A DNA stretch of 64,000 nt, from positions 832,001 to 896,000 of the forward strand of contig CBDFLQ010000006.1 in NCBI GenBank assembly GCA_965249275.1. Reading direction: 5' to 3'. The DNA is from Dehalococcoidia bacterium (GTDB lineage Bacteria > Chloroflexota > Dehalococcoidia > Plut-88900). This document shows positions 47,031 through 57,121 of the stretch, in pieces (the first letter of the stretch is position 1; each line of letters opens with the position of its first letter). Made by a program: the position numbers and the translations under genes. A model generated the notes under the pieces. The model was not told the DNA's origin. It saw only the letters and a program-made list of their open reading frames with translations, and made no database searches.

Positions 47031-47885
47031 CTAAGTGCCCTTGGCCCCAGTGATGTCTCGTCTCTGGAACATGAACAGCGCCGCGCCGCCAAATATTATG
47101 CTGTAACCCAGCAGGACCAGAAACGCCTGCACCGTATTTGGCAATTCACCGTCGCCAAGGGTGGTGACAAGGAAGATAAAGTCCTGAGCGCCCTCCTCGC
47201 TAATCAGGGCGTGGGCACTGATTCCAAGGGTGAATCCCGCTATTTTATCGAACCCGTCTACGAACACCGTAAGGATAGGAACGACTATCTGCTCCGCTAT
47301 GTGGTAACCCACAGTTATTGCCAGTCCGACGGTCGCGGAAGACGTCAAGATAGTCAGGGCTGTGGCCAAAAGTGCGTACGGTATCAACGCAAAAGCCGCT
47401 TTGAGAATTGTCAAAATGGCTTCCGACCACTCGCCGGACGAAGTCAATTCGCTACTGTTTTCCGCAAGTCCAGTGGTAACCAGGCTGCTAATCCCGATGA
47501 AAACAGCAGCGATAATCAGGCCGCCAAGTCCCGCCAGGGCGGAGATTCCGAACTTTGACACCAGAAGCTGCCACCGCCCCGGGCCCCGTGCCAGAGCCGT
47601 ACGCAGTGTCCCCCAACCGTACTCCGTCCCCATCATTGACGACGATAGAGTCACAATCAGCACTATCGCCAATCCAAACATCGATCTGAGACCCAGAGTC
47701 ACGCTGCCCGGCAGGAGGAATAAGTCGGCTGCTCCAACCTCTCCTTCGCCGCGATATACCAGATAACCAATCCAGACAAGCATCTGGGTAAACAGAGTGA
47801 AGATAACCAGCAGCACCCAGGGGAACCACCGATGCCGCAGCTTGAACCACTCCCACCTCATCAACGACAGAAGGTGCAGTATCAA
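47031..47885 (-). CDS. ABC-2 type exporter permease
   Basis: Six hydrophobic segments, EYGWGTLR, FQRRDI. Confidence 0.88.
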   Translation of the reverse strand: MILHLLSLMRWEWFKLRHRWFPWVLLVIFTLFTQMLVWIGYLVYRGEGEVGAADLFLLPGSVTLGLRSMFGLAIVLIVTLSSSMMGTEYGWGTLRTALARGPGRWQLLVSKFGISALAGLGGLIIAAVFIGISSLVTTGLAENSSELTSSGEWSEAILTILKAAFALIPYALLATALTILTSSATVGLAITVGYHIAEQIVVPILTVFVDGFDKIAGFTLGISAHALISEEGAQDFIFLVTTLGDGELPNTVQAFLVLLGYSIIFGGAALFMFQRRDITGAKGT

Positions 47886-48796
47886 GCAGAGTCTCCGTTT
47901 GCTCCCCCGGTTACTTCAAGGAAGTACTGCTCCAGACTCTTCGCTCTAGGCCGCATCTCGGTGACGTACACGCCTGCCCCGCTCAGCGCCGCCGTCAGCT
48001 CACCCGACCTGCTGCTCGGGGCAGAGGCCACCAGGTATCCTTCTTCTTCCTCCACTTCACTGACCCAGTCCACCATCGAAAGCACCTCTTTGGCCTTGGC
48101 GTCATCCGTCGTCCTGAGTTGAACCTGCTCACCCGACTTCACCAGCTCCGACACATCACCCTGTGCGATTAGTTTGCCCCTGGAGAGGATCGCCACGCTG
48201 TCACAGACTGCCTCAACCTCGTGGAGGAGGTGGCTGGAGAGGAGCACGGTCCTGCCACCGGTGCCTAGTCTACGGACCAGGTCCCGGATCTCGGCCATGC
48301 CGGCTGGATCCATGCCATTGGTCGGCTCGTCGAGAATAAGGATCTCGGGGTCGCCGAGAAGGGCGTAGGCGAGGCCCAAGCGCTGCTTCATACCGAGGGA
48401 GTAGGTGTGGAACTTGTCGTTGGCCCTCGTGCCAAGGCCCACGGTGTCCAGAAGCGAATCCAGCTCGGCCCGGTTGCCCTTTCCCGTTATTCCCTGAAAA
48501 TAGGCGAGGTTCCTTCGGCCCGACAGGTAGGGGTAAAAAGCCGGAGTTTCCACGATTGCGCCGATGCGGTGCAGAGCCTCGGTGTGGGATCCTCCCCCTC
48601 CAAAAAGACTGAAGTTGCCGGAGGTCTGCCTCGTAAGGCCGAGAAGAATGCTGAGGGTTGTGGTCTTACCCGAGCCATTGGGCCCCAGCAGCCCGAATAT
48701 CCGACCCCTGGGCACTTCCATCGACAGGCCATCAACAGCCACGATTGAACCGTATCTCTTGGTTAGGCCCTGGGTGCGGATTACGGAGTCGTTCAT
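47882..48796 (-). CDS. ABC exporter ATP-binding protein (BcrA-like)
   Basis: GPNGSGKTT, YSLGMKQRL, ILDEP, SSH. Confidence 0.95.
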   Translation of the reverse strand: MNDSVIRTQGLTKRYGSIVAVDGLSMEVPRGRIFGLLGPNGSGKTTTLSILLGLTRQTSGNFSLFGGGGSHTEALHRIGAIVETPAFYPYLSGRRNLAYFQGITGKGNRAELDSLLDTVGLGTRANDKFHTYSLGMKQRLGLAYALLGDPEILILDEPTNGMDPAGMAEIRDLVRRLGTGGRTVLLSSHLLHEVEAVCDSVAILSRGKLIAQGDVSELVKSGEQVQLRTTDDAKAKEVLSMVDWVSEVEEEEGYLVASAPSSRSGELTAALSGAGVYVTEMRPRAKSLEQYFLEVTGGANGDSA

Positions 48797-48968
48797 ACGC
48801 TGGGCATTATCTGCGCCTGCGCAACAGGAAGTCCAGTATTTTCTTCAAGGGGTTGCCGCCCTGTCGTACACTCTGCAACCTACGTTGGGTGCAACTGACA
48901 CACGTGCAGGCCGAGGGATGTCTCCCCACCATTTCCTGGCTTCTGAACTCCCGCTCTTTCACCGTGCT

Positions 48969-50615
48969 TTATCCGACGGCCGCGCTTTTGGTAGGCACTG
49001 CATCGAGCACAAACCCCTGATAGCCGTTCTCTGCAATCTCGTCGCACCTTTTGCGATATGTACCCATGCCGCCGGTGTAGGGCATGAAGACTCGGGGCTT
49101 GCCCGGTATGTTTGCGCCGAGGTACCAAGAGTTGGCTTGCATATATAGGGTCTTGTTGGCTTCTTCCTGGACGTGGGCATCCCAGTCCTTTTCGGCCTGT
49201 GGGTCGGCTTCAGCGGTTTCGAGACCGTAATTACGCATCCAGTCTATGAAGTCGGCTACCCACTCTATATGCTGCTCGATGGCGACGGGCATATTGGTCA
49301 ATACGGAAGGGCTCCCGGGGCCTGTCAGCATGAACATGTTGGGGAATCCAGCGACCTGTAGGCCGAGGTAAGTCTTCGGGCCCTCGGCCCATTTCTCACG
49401 CAGGGTCAGTCCGTCGCGTCCCCGGATGTCGATCTTCATGAAAGTCCCGGTCATGGCATCGAATCCCGTGGCGAAGACTATCGCGTCGAACTCGAAGTCC
49501 TTCTCGGAGGTCCTTATCCCCTTGGCGTTGATCTCCTGGATAGGCGTCTGGCGCAGGTCTACCAGGTTGACGTTCTCACGGTTGTAAGTATCGAAGTAGT
49601 TGGTGTCTATGAGGGCTCTTTTGGATCCGAAAGGATGGTCCAATGGCAGCAGTTTTTGGCAGGTCTCGGGGTCCTTGACCATCTCCCGAATCTTGGAGCG
49701 TATGAACTCGGAGGCGGTGTCGTTGGCCTCCTTGTCGATCATGATGTCTTCGAAGGAGCCATAGATGAAGTCGTTCCCGCCGACACTCCAGACCTGCTCG
49801 AAAACCTTCCTGCGCTCCTCCTCCGTAACGTCAAACGCCGACCGGGCCACCGGGGTTTGAGGTGTGCCGCCGTGGGTCCATTTCGCTTTTTCGATGATCT
49901 CGTCGTAGTTCGGTTTGACCTCTTCCTCAATGAACCTCTTGTCTATGCTGCCGTGCCTTGCCGGTACGGTGTACTGGGGGGTGCGCTGGAACACCGTGAC
50001 ATGCTTGGCCTGTTTGGCTATCACGGGTATCGACTGCACGCCGCTCGACCCCGTGCCTACAACCGCAACCCGCTTCCCGGAAAAGTCCACGGGGTGGTGC
50101 GGCCAATTGCCGGTGTGATACCAGTCCCCTTCGAAGGAGTCCAGCCCCTTGATCTTGGGGATGTTGCCCGTGGATATGCACCCGATACCCGTGATCAGGT
50201 GCCTGGCAGTCACTCGGTCGCCCTGGTCCGTCTCGATCTCCCAGAGGTTTCTGTCCTCAAGGAAAGTGGCGGAGGTGACGCGGGTATCGAACTGGATGTT
50301 GGACCGCAGGTCGAACCGGTCGGCGACGTGGTTGAGGTAGGTCAGAATCTCGGGTTGCTCGGGGTATTTGCCACTCCACTCCCATTCCTGGAGAAGCTCC
50401 TTCGAGAAGGTGAAGCAGTAAGTGTAGCTCTCGGAGTCACACCGGGCGCCGGGATACCGGTTCCAATACCAGGTCCCACCGACCCCGGTCCCCGCCTCGT
50501 AGACCTGGACGGACATCCCCATGTCGTCCCTCAGCCGCCACAGCATCCCCAACCCCGAGAACCCCGCCCCGATCACTACCGCATCGAAGTCGCCGCCGTT
50601 CTTCAAGCTAGCCAT
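48969..50615 (-). CDS. Type I Baeyer-Villiger monooxygenase (CHMO/PAMO-like), copy 1
   Basis: GAGFSG, GGTWYWNRYPGARCD, FEGDWYHTGNWP fingerprint, GTGSSG, ATGFDA. Confidence 0.95.
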   Translation of the reverse strand: MASLKNGGDFDAVVIGAGFSGLGMLWRLRDDMGMSVQVYEAGTGVGGTWYWNRYPGARCDSESYTYCFTFSKELLQEWEWSGKYPEQPEILTYLNHVADRFDLRSNIQFDTRVTSATFLEDRNLWEIETDQGDRVTARHLITGIGCISTGNIPKIKGLDSFEGDWYHTGNWPHHPVDFSGKRVAVVGTGSSGVQSIPVIAKQAKHVTVFQRTPQYTVPARHGSIDKRFIEEEVKPNYDEIIEKAKWTHGGTPQTPVARSAFDVTEEERRKVFEQVWSVGGNDFIYGSFEDIMIDKEANDTASEFIRSKIREMVKDPETCQKLLPLDHPFGSKRALIDTNYFDTYNRENVNLVDLRQTPIQEINAKGIRTSEKDFEFDAIVFATGFDAMTGTFMKIDIRGRDGLTLREKWAEGPKTYLGLQVAGFPNMFMLTGPGSPSVLTNMPVAIEQHIEWVADFIDWMRNYGLETAEADPQAEKDWDAHVQEEANKTLYMQANSWYLGANIPGKPRVFMPYTGGMGTYRKRCDEIAENGYQGFVLDAVPTKSAAVG

Positions 50616-50731
50616 ATAACTCCCCCTGCAACTCTATGACTTCGGCCTTTCCCTCTTCCCCTTCCCACAGAACCGGCCCTATTGTACCAGCAATGGATTT
50701 CGGCGGGGATTAGGCGCCTAGTCCTCAGAAC

Positions 50732-50771
50732 AAGAAACTGGGGAAGCGCTCCGCGCTTCCCCAGCTCTTTT
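50732..50771 (-). terminator. Intrinsic terminator between the BVMO genes
   Basis: CTGGGGAAGCGC-GGA-GCGCTTCCCCAG followed by TTTCTT on the minus strand. Confidence 0.8.
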
Positions 50772-50795
50772 CCAGCTGTTCAGGGTTAGGACGGG

Positions 50796-52475
50796 CTATG
50801 AAGCTAAAACCGCCAAGTTATCACCACCCTCTTCCCCGTGAGGAAGTCGATCATCCCCCGCTCCCAGCACGAATCCCTCATACCCGTTCTCCGCTACTTC
50901 ATTGCATCGCTTCCGATAGGCGCCCTGTCCGCCCGCGTATGGCATGAATACCCGGGGTTTTCCGGGAATGTTAGCTCCCAGGTACCAGGAGTTAGCATAT
51001 ACAAATAGGGTCTTGTTGGCTTCCTCGTTGACGTGGTCGCACCATTCTTCCTCGGCGCGGGGGTCGGGCTCCGCGGTTTCAATGTCCCGCTCGCGCATCC
51101 AGCCTATGAAATCTCCAACCCAGTCTATGTGCTGCTCAATGCACACCGGCATGTTGCAAAGCACGGATGGGCTCCCGGGGCCCGTGATCATGAACATGTT
51201 GGGGAAGCCAGCCACCTGCAGGCCCAGGTAGGTCTTCGGGCCCTCGGCCCACTTCTCCCTCAGAGTCATCCCATCCCGGCCCCGGATGTCGATTTTCATG
51301 AATGTGCCGGTCATGGCGTCGAACCCCGTAGCGAAGACGATGATGTCGAACTCGTATTCCTCCTCAGCAGTCCGAATCCCCGTTGCCGTGATCTCCTGGA
51401 TAGGCGTCTGGCGCAAGTCTACGAGATGGACGTTCTCACGGTTGTAGGTCTCGAAATAGTTGGTATCCATAAGAGCCCGCTTGGACCCGTAAGGGTGGTC
51501 CAATGGAAGGAGTTTCTGTGCGGTCTCGGGGTCCTTGACCGTCTCCCGAATCTTGGAGCGGATGAACTCGGCGACGGTGTCGTTGGCTTTCTTGTCACTC
51601 AAAGTGTCATCAAAGGATCCATAGATGAAGTGGTTACCGCCTATGTCCCAGAACTTCTCGAATATGCTGTTGCGTTTCTCTTCGGTAAGAGCCAAGGCTG
51701 AGCCGGAGTCGGGAGTCACAGGTGAGCCCCCACTGGTCCATTTTCCCTTATCAATGATGGCGTCGTAATTGGGTTTGACCTCTTCCTCAATGAACTTCCG
51801 GTCTATGCTGGCGTGCCTTGCCGGTACGGTGTACTGGGGCGTCCGCTGGAACACCGTGAGATGACCGGCCTGCTCAGCGATCACGGGTATCGACTGCACG
51901 CCGCTCGACCCCGTACCAATGACCGCAACTCGTTTCCCTGAAAATTCCACGGGGTGGTGAGGCCAATTGCCAGTGTGATACCAGTCCCCTTCAAAGGAGT
52001 CCAGTCCTTTTATCTTGGGGATGTTGCCCGTGGATATGCACCCGATTCCCGTTATCAGATGTCGAGCCGTGACTCGGTCCCCCTGGTCAGTCTCGATCTC
52101 CCACAGGTTGCGGTCCTCAAGGAAAGTGGCCGACGTGACCTTGGTGTTGAACTGGATGTTGCGCCGGAAGTCGAACCGGTCGGCGACGTGGTTGAGGTAG
52201 GTCAGTATTTCGGGCTGCTCGGGGTATCTGCCACTCCAGCTCCATTCCTGGAGAAGCTCTTTGGAAAAGGTGAAGCAGTAGGTATAGCTCTCGGAGTCGC
52301 ATCGGGCGCCGGGATACCGGTTCCAATACCAGGTTCCCCCCACCCCGCTGCCCGCCTCATAGACCTGGACAGACATGCCCATCTCGTCCCTCAGCCGCCT
52401 CAGCATCCCCATCCCGGAGAGCCCCGCCCCGATCACTACAGCATCGAAATCGCCACCGTTTTTCAAGCCTGCCAT
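50796..52475 (-). CDS. Type I Baeyer-Villiger monooxygenase, copy 2
   Basis: Same motifs as copy 1; ATG 52475 chosen by alignment with copy 1. Confidence 0.95.
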   Translation of the reverse strand: MAGLKNGGDFDAVVIGAGLSGMGMLRRLRDEMGMSVQVYEAGSGVGGTWYWNRYPGARCDSESYTYCFTFSKELLQEWSWSGRYPEQPEILTYLNHVADRFDFRRNIQFNTKVTSATFLEDRNLWEIETDQGDRVTARHLITGIGCISTGNIPKIKGLDSFEGDWYHTGNWPHHPVEFSGKRVAVIGTGSSGVQSIPVIAEQAGHLTVFQRTPQYTVPARHASIDRKFIEEEVKPNYDAIIDKGKWTSGGSPVTPDSGSALALTEEKRNSIFEKFWDIGGNHFIYGSFDDTLSDKKANDTVAEFIRSKIRETVKDPETAQKLLPLDHPYGSKRALMDTNYFETYNRENVHLVDLRQTPIQEITATGIRTAEEEYEFDIIVFATGFDAMTGTFMKIDIRGRDGMTLREKWAEGPKTYLGLQVAGFPNMFMITGPGSPSVLCNMPVCIEQHIDWVGDFIGWMRERDIETAEPDPRAEEEWCDHVNEEANKTLFVYANSWYLGANIPGKPRVFMPYAGGQGAYRKRCNEVAENGYEGFVLGAGDDRLPHGEEGGDNLAVLAS

Positions 52476-52576
52476 ATAACTCCCCCTGCAACTCTGCGTC
52501 TTCAACCATCCGAACACGACGTATTGTATCAGCAGTAGATTCAGATCGGGTGGGGGTTGTGTGCTAACATGACTAG

Positions 52577-52783
52577 GTGAATGGCCGCGAATTCGTGAGG
52601 CGCGCTAGGCGTTACGCCAGGAAGAATCGGTTGGATTTTAGTTTTCGCCCGGATCTTGGTAAGGGCAGCCATGCGAAACTCAGGATTGGAAGCCGTAGCA
52701 CAGTAATCAAATATGGTGAGATTGGGCAAAATATTCTGGCGTCTATGCTAAAGCAGTTGAATATTGATCGCCGGGAGTTCTAG
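52577..52783 (+). CDS. hicA: HicA-family toxin, copy 1
   Basis: 68 aa, basic, GKGSH motif, ILASMLKQLNI. Confidence 0.85.
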   Translation: MNGREFVRRARRYARKNRLDFSFRPDLGKGSHAKLRIGSRSTVIKYGEIGQNILASMLKQLNIDRREF

Positions 52784-52785
52784 TT

Positions 52786-53265
52786 ATGCGGTACGTTTAC
52801 CCATGCAACATAGCTCCAGATGAAGAGGAGTTGAGAGAGTCAGGGAGAGAGGCTTATGTGGTGACTTTCCCGGATGTGCCGGAAGCCATAACTGGTGGGT
52901 GGTCTTGGGATGAAGCCGTCGAAATGGCTGAAGACTGCATCGGTGTCGCCCTCAGTTTCTATACCGACGAAGACGAGGAAATACCTACCCCCAGCCTCCC
53001 CACCGAGGGCCAAGTCTTTATTCCCGTACCTCCCCTAGTTGCAGCCAAGCTGGCAATTTATAGCGCCATGCGAGAAAAGGGAATCACCAAACAGACCCTG
53101 GGCCAAAAGCTCGGCCTTGAGTATGAAGCCATCCGCAAGCTCTTGAATCCCACATACCGCACCCACTTCACCCAGATCGAAAAGGCCCTCCGAGTTGTAG
53201 GCCGCTCTCTCATAATCGAGGACGCGTCAATAACTGCGCCTATTCCCACCGCGGTCGCGGTCTAA
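52786..53265 (+). CDS. hicB: HicB-family antitoxin, copy 1
   Basis: YP, VTFPDVPEAITGG, EAVEMAED, IPTPS, C-terminal HTH. Confidence 0.9.
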   Translation: MRYVYPCNIAPDEEELRESGREAYVVTFPDVPEAITGGWSWDEAVEMAEDCIGVALSFYTDEDEEIPTPSLPTEGQVFIPVPPLVAAKLAIYSAMREKGITKQTLGQKLGLEYEAIRKLLNPTYRTHFTQIEKALRVVGRSLIIEDASITAPIPTAVAV

Positions 53266-53294
53266 TCTTCTCCTGCTCGTGCTAACATGATCGG

Positions 53295-53501
53295 GTGAAC
53301 GGCCGCGAATTCGTGAGGCGGGCAAGGCGCTACGCCAGGAAGAATCGGTTGGATTTCATTCTTGATACCGAAAGCGGGAAGGGAAGTCACGTGAAGCTCA
53401 CGGTCGGCAATCGTTTCACGCACGTACCAAGTGGGGAAATAGCCCCAGGAACATTGGCCGACATGTTCAGGCAGCTTGGTATCGACCGCAAGGAGTTTTG
53501 A
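53295..53501 (+). CDS. hicA: HicA-family toxin, copy 2
   Basis: GKGSH, VP, GTLADMFRQLGI. Confidence 0.87.
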   Translation: MNGREFVRRARRYARKNRLDFILDTESGKGSHVKLTVGNRFTHVPSGEIAPGTLADMFRQLGIDRKEF

Positions 53502-53504
53502 TCA

Positions 53505-53984
53505 ATGAGATATGTCTACCCTTGCAATATAAGACGAGACGAAGAGGAGGCAAACCTAACGGGAAGGGAGGCTTACAACGTTACTTTCCCCGATTTGCCG
53601 GAAGCCATCACATGCAGTTGGTCCTGGGATGAAGCCGTTGAAATGGCAGAGGATGTTCTTGGCCTCTGTCTCGCTCACTATTGCGTGCACGAGGGTTACA
53701 TCCCCACCCCCAGCCTCCCCACCGAGGGCCAAGTCCTCATACCCGTACCCCCGTTGGTAGCCGCGAAACTTATTATCAATTCCGCTATGCGAGAAAATGG
53801 GATCACCAAACAGAACCTGGGCAAAAAGCTCGGCCTTGAAGAAGACGCTGTTCGGAAGCTCCTCGACCCCAACTACCGCACCCACTTCACTCAAGTTGAG
53901 AGAGCACTTAGGGCTGTGGGCCGCTCTCTTATCGTCGAGGATGCACCCATAACCGAACCCGCACGCATCCCTGTAGCAGGGTAG
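53505..53984 (+). CDS. hicB: HicB-family antitoxin, copy 2
   Basis: Close paralog of copy 1. Confidence 0.9.
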   Translation: MRYVYPCNIRRDEEEANLTGREAYNVTFPDLPEAITCSWSWDEAVEMAEDVLGLCLAHYCVHEGYIPTPSLPTEGQVLIPVPPLVAAKLIINSAMRENGITKQNLGKKLGLEEDAVRKLLDPNYRTHFTQVERALRAVGRSLIVEDAPITEPARIPVAG

Positions 53985-53995
53985 CTTATCGAAGC

Positions 53996-54046
53996 AAGAA
54001 AACGGCGGGGGATGCGCAACGTGCATCCCCCGCCGTTCTTTCTTTT
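53996..54046. terminator. Bidirectional intrinsic terminator
   Basis: AACGGCGGGGGATGC...GCATCCCCCGCCGTT with A and T tracts. Confidence 0.9.
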
Positions 54047-54074
54047 ACGATCTGGGTGTCTTGGGGCTAATTCC

Positions 54075-55565
54075 CTAAAACCACCTTGTTATCACTACCT
54101 TCTTCTCGGTGAAGAAATCTACGGCGTCCCGACCCTGCCCATGCAGGTCTCCGAAGAACGACTCCTTCATCCCGCTGAACGGGAAGAAAGCCATCGGTGC
54201 GGCTACTCCCACGTTGATCCCGACGTTCCCTGCCCGCACCCGATGCTTGAAGTCCCTGGCAGCGCGCCCGCTGGAAGTGAAGATACTCGCAGCGTTCCCG
54301 TAGCGGTTCGCCTCGATGATGTCCATCGCCTGCTCAAGGTCGTCAACCTGCACTATCGAGGCCACGGGCCCGAAGATCTCCTCCTGGGCTATCGTCATTC
54401 CCGGGTCTACCTCATCGAAGATGGTTGGCCCAACGAAGGACCCGTCCGGGAATCCCTCCACAGACACGCTGCGCCCGTCCAGTATCAGCTTAGCCCCTTC
54501 CTTCACTCCCTGGTCGATGTATCCGATCACCTTATCCCGGTGCTTTGATGAGATTACCGGCCCCATGTCGGACGACTCATCCAACGGGTTCCCGACCTTA
54601 ATTGCCTTCGCCGCTTCCAGCAGTTTGTCTTTAATCGGCCCATAAGCCTCGCCCACCGTCAGCACGACCGACCCCGCGAGACACCTCTGCCCCGCGCCGC
54701 CGTACAACGATCCGATCATGTTGTCTATCGTCTTGTCCACGTCTGCGTCGGGCATGGCTACCATGAAGTTTTTGGCACCGCCCTGGCACTGAGCCCGCTT
54801 CCCGTTAGTCGTGGCTCGCTGGTAGACGTATTTCGCAATGGCAGTCGAGCCTACAAAGGAAATAGCACGCACGTCGGGGTTGTCCAAGATTGCGTCGACA
54901 GCCTCTTTTGACCCGTTGATCAGATTGATGACCCCATTCGGGAACCCGGCTCGGTCCATCAGCCCGATGCAGTACGACATGCTGAGCGGCACCTGCTCCG
55001 ACGGCTTCAGCACATAGGTGTTGCCGCAGGCGATGGCGTAGGGCATAAACCAGTGCGACACCATGGCCGGGAAGTTAAACGGCACGATGCCCGCGCAAAC
55101 CCCAAGGGGTTGTCTCACGCAATCCTCATCGATGTTGCGCGCTATGTCTTCCAGGTTGTAGCCCATCATCAGGGAGCTGATCCCTGAGGGCACCTCGACG
55201 TTCTGTATCGCACGCCGGACCTCGCCCCGGGCGTCGCCGATCGACTTCCCGTTCTCGTGGCTCACGATGCGCGACAGCTCTTCCCGGTTCTCTTCCAACA
55301 GGTTCTTGTAGTTCCAAAGCCGCTGCACCCGGTCCGGGGGCGGAGTATCTCGCCACGACTTGAACGCCGACTGCGCAGCGGCGACCGCCGCATTCACCTC
55401 GGCCGCCGTGGAAAGCGGGACTTCCGCGATCACTCGGCCGCTGGCCGGCTCCTGGACGTCCAGCCAGTTGTCTGTCGATGAGTCGACCCACTCTCCATTG
55501 ATATAGTTCTGCAACCTCCCGTAGTACTGCTTGACTTCCAGCAAAGTGGACCGGGACTCAGCCAT
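54075..55565 (-). CDS. mmsA: CoA-acylating methylmalonate-semialdehyde dehydrogenase
   Basis: PFNFPAM, KPSEQVP, SFVGST, GKRAQCQGGAKN, AGQRCLA, EEIFGPV, SFFGDLHGQG. Confidence 0.92.
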   Translation of the reverse strand: MAESRSTLLEVKQYYGRLQNYINGEWVDSSTDNWLDVQEPASGRVIAEVPLSTAAEVNAAVAAAQSAFKSWRDTPPPDRVQRLWNYKNLLEENREELSRIVSHENGKSIGDARGEVRRAIQNVEVPSGISSLMMGYNLEDIARNIDEDCVRQPLGVCAGIVPFNFPAMVSHWFMPYAIACGNTYVLKPSEQVPLSMSYCIGLMDRAGFPNGVINLINGSKEAVDAILDNPDVRAISFVGSTAIAKYVYQRATTNGKRAQCQGGAKNFMVAMPDADVDKTIDNMIGSLYGGAGQRCLAGSVVLTVGEAYGPIKDKLLEAAKAIKVGNPLDESSDMGPVISSKHRDKVIGYIDQGVKEGAKLILDGRSVSVEGFPDGSFVGPTIFDEVDPGMTIAQEEIFGPVASIVQVDDLEQAMDIIEANRYGNAASIFTSSGRAARDFKHRVRAGNVGINVGVAAPMAFFPFSGMKESFFGDLHGQGRDAVDFFTEKKVVITRWF

Positions 55566-55684
55566 AATCTTTCCTCCCCGAAGATGAACGAATGCGCCGT
55601 GGGACGCTCGGAATGTTAACGGGGGGTGGGGAGGGGGTCAAGCGACTGCAAACCAGGGGCCGAGCCATAATGTCTCCCCGGCCC

Positions 55685-57121
55685 CTACCCGAACAACCCC
55701 GGGGTCGCCTTCTCTATCAGCCCGGTTATCGACTGCGGGTAAATGCCGATCAGGAAGACCACACCGACTAGCGTGAGCAGCACTCCCCCGGCTATCTTCG
55801 GCATGGTCAAGGATTTCGAGCCCACCGGCGCGGGTTTGATGTACATCTGCCTGATTACCATCAAGTAGTAGTAAACCGATATCAGGCTGTTCGCCACGGC
55901 GATGGCTACCAGCCACAACAACCCCTCCTTCGCCGCCGCCGCGAATATGTAGAACTTGATGGTAAAACCCGCGAAGAAAGGCAACCCGGCCAGCGAGAAC
56001 AGACTTACGGTCAAGGCCAGGGCGAGCACCGGCGACCGCTTGGCCAACCCCGCGTACTCCTCGATCTTCTCACTGCCTGTCAGGTTGAAGTAGATGATCA
56101 CGCAACTGAAGGCTGCGAAGGTCGTGGCTGCATACCCGACCAGGTACAGCACCATCGCCGTCGAAGCCATCTCCGAAAGCGCCGCTATCCCCACCAGCAG
56201 GAAGCCCGCGTGCCCGATGCTCGAATAGGCCAGCAGTCGTTTTATGTTGCTTTGCGAAATCGCTATGACGTTCCCCACGGTCATAGTCAGGGCCGCAATT
56301 ACCGCAACTATCGGCTTCCAATCGTCGATAACCGGCTGGAACCCGACTGCAAACAGGCGCAGCAGCAAAGCGAAGCTCGCCGCCTTGGAAGCGACGGATA
56401 GGTAGGCCGTCACGGGGACCGGGGCCCCTTCATACACGTCGGGCGCCCACATGTGGAAGGGCACAGCCACGACCTTGAACCCGAACCCGGCAATGAGAAG
56501 AGTCAGACCTGCAAGGAACGCCAGTTGCAGCTGTTCTCCCGAACGCAGGACCTCTCCCATCCCCTCGAAGGTGGTCGTGCCCAGGGAGCCGTAGATCAGG
56601 CTCATGCCGTACAGCAGCACCGCGGAGGAGAATGCCCCGATCAGGATGTACTTTACTCCGGCCTCGTTGGAGCGGGCTTCCCGCTTGGCGTAGGCCGCCA
56701 TCACGTAGAGGCAGAAGCTCAGGAGCTCCAGGGAGATGTAGGCCGTCAAAAGCTCGTTGGCCGAGACCATCATCATCATTCCCAGCACCGACAACATGAT
56801 CAGGCTGTAGAATTCCCCCGGGTTCTCCAGGTGCTTCCTCACGAAGTCCCTAGAAGCGAGCACCATCACCGCCCCGACTATCGGCAGGAACACCTTGAAG
56901 AAGATCGCATAGTTGTCGACGACGTAGATGCCCGCGTACAGCTCACCTTCATTACCGAGCAGCGTAAACGCCGACCCCATGACCGCCAACAGTCCCACAA
57001 CGGCGAGGAAGGGTAGTACACCCTTCTTGTTTTCGGGAATGAACAGGTCCACCCCGAATAGTACAAAGGCCAGCCCGACAAGCAGGAACTCGGGGACCAG
57101 GAGTGCGAAGTCGATATTCAT
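55685..57121 (-). CDS. nuoN: NADH-quinone oxidoreductase subunit N
   Basis: EAGVKY, GFKVVAVPFHMWAPDVYEGAP, KRLLAYSSIGH. Confidence 0.96.
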   Translation of the reverse strand: MNIDFALLVPEFLLVGLAFVLFGVDLFIPENKKGVLPFLAVVGLLAVMGSAFTLLGNEGELYAGIYVVDNYAIFFKVFLPIVGAVMVLASRDFVRKHLENPGEFYSLIMLSVLGMMMMVSANELLTAYISLELLSFCLYVMAAYAKREARSNEAGVKYILIGAFSSAVLLYGMSLIYGSLGTTTFEGMGEVLRSGEQLQLAFLAGLTLLIAGFGFKVVAVPFHMWAPDVYEGAPVPVTAYLSVASKAASFALLLRLFAVGFQPVIDDWKPIVAVIAALTMTVGNVIAISQSNIKRLLAYSSIGHAGFLLVGIAALSEMASTAMVLYLVGYAATTFAAFSCVIIYFNLTGSEKIEEYAGLAKRSPVLALALTVSLFSLAGLPFFAGFTIKFYIFAAAAKEGLLWLVAIAVANSLISVYYYLMVIRQMYIKPAPVGSKSLTMPKIAGGVLLTLVGVVFLIGIYPQSITGLIEKATPGLFG

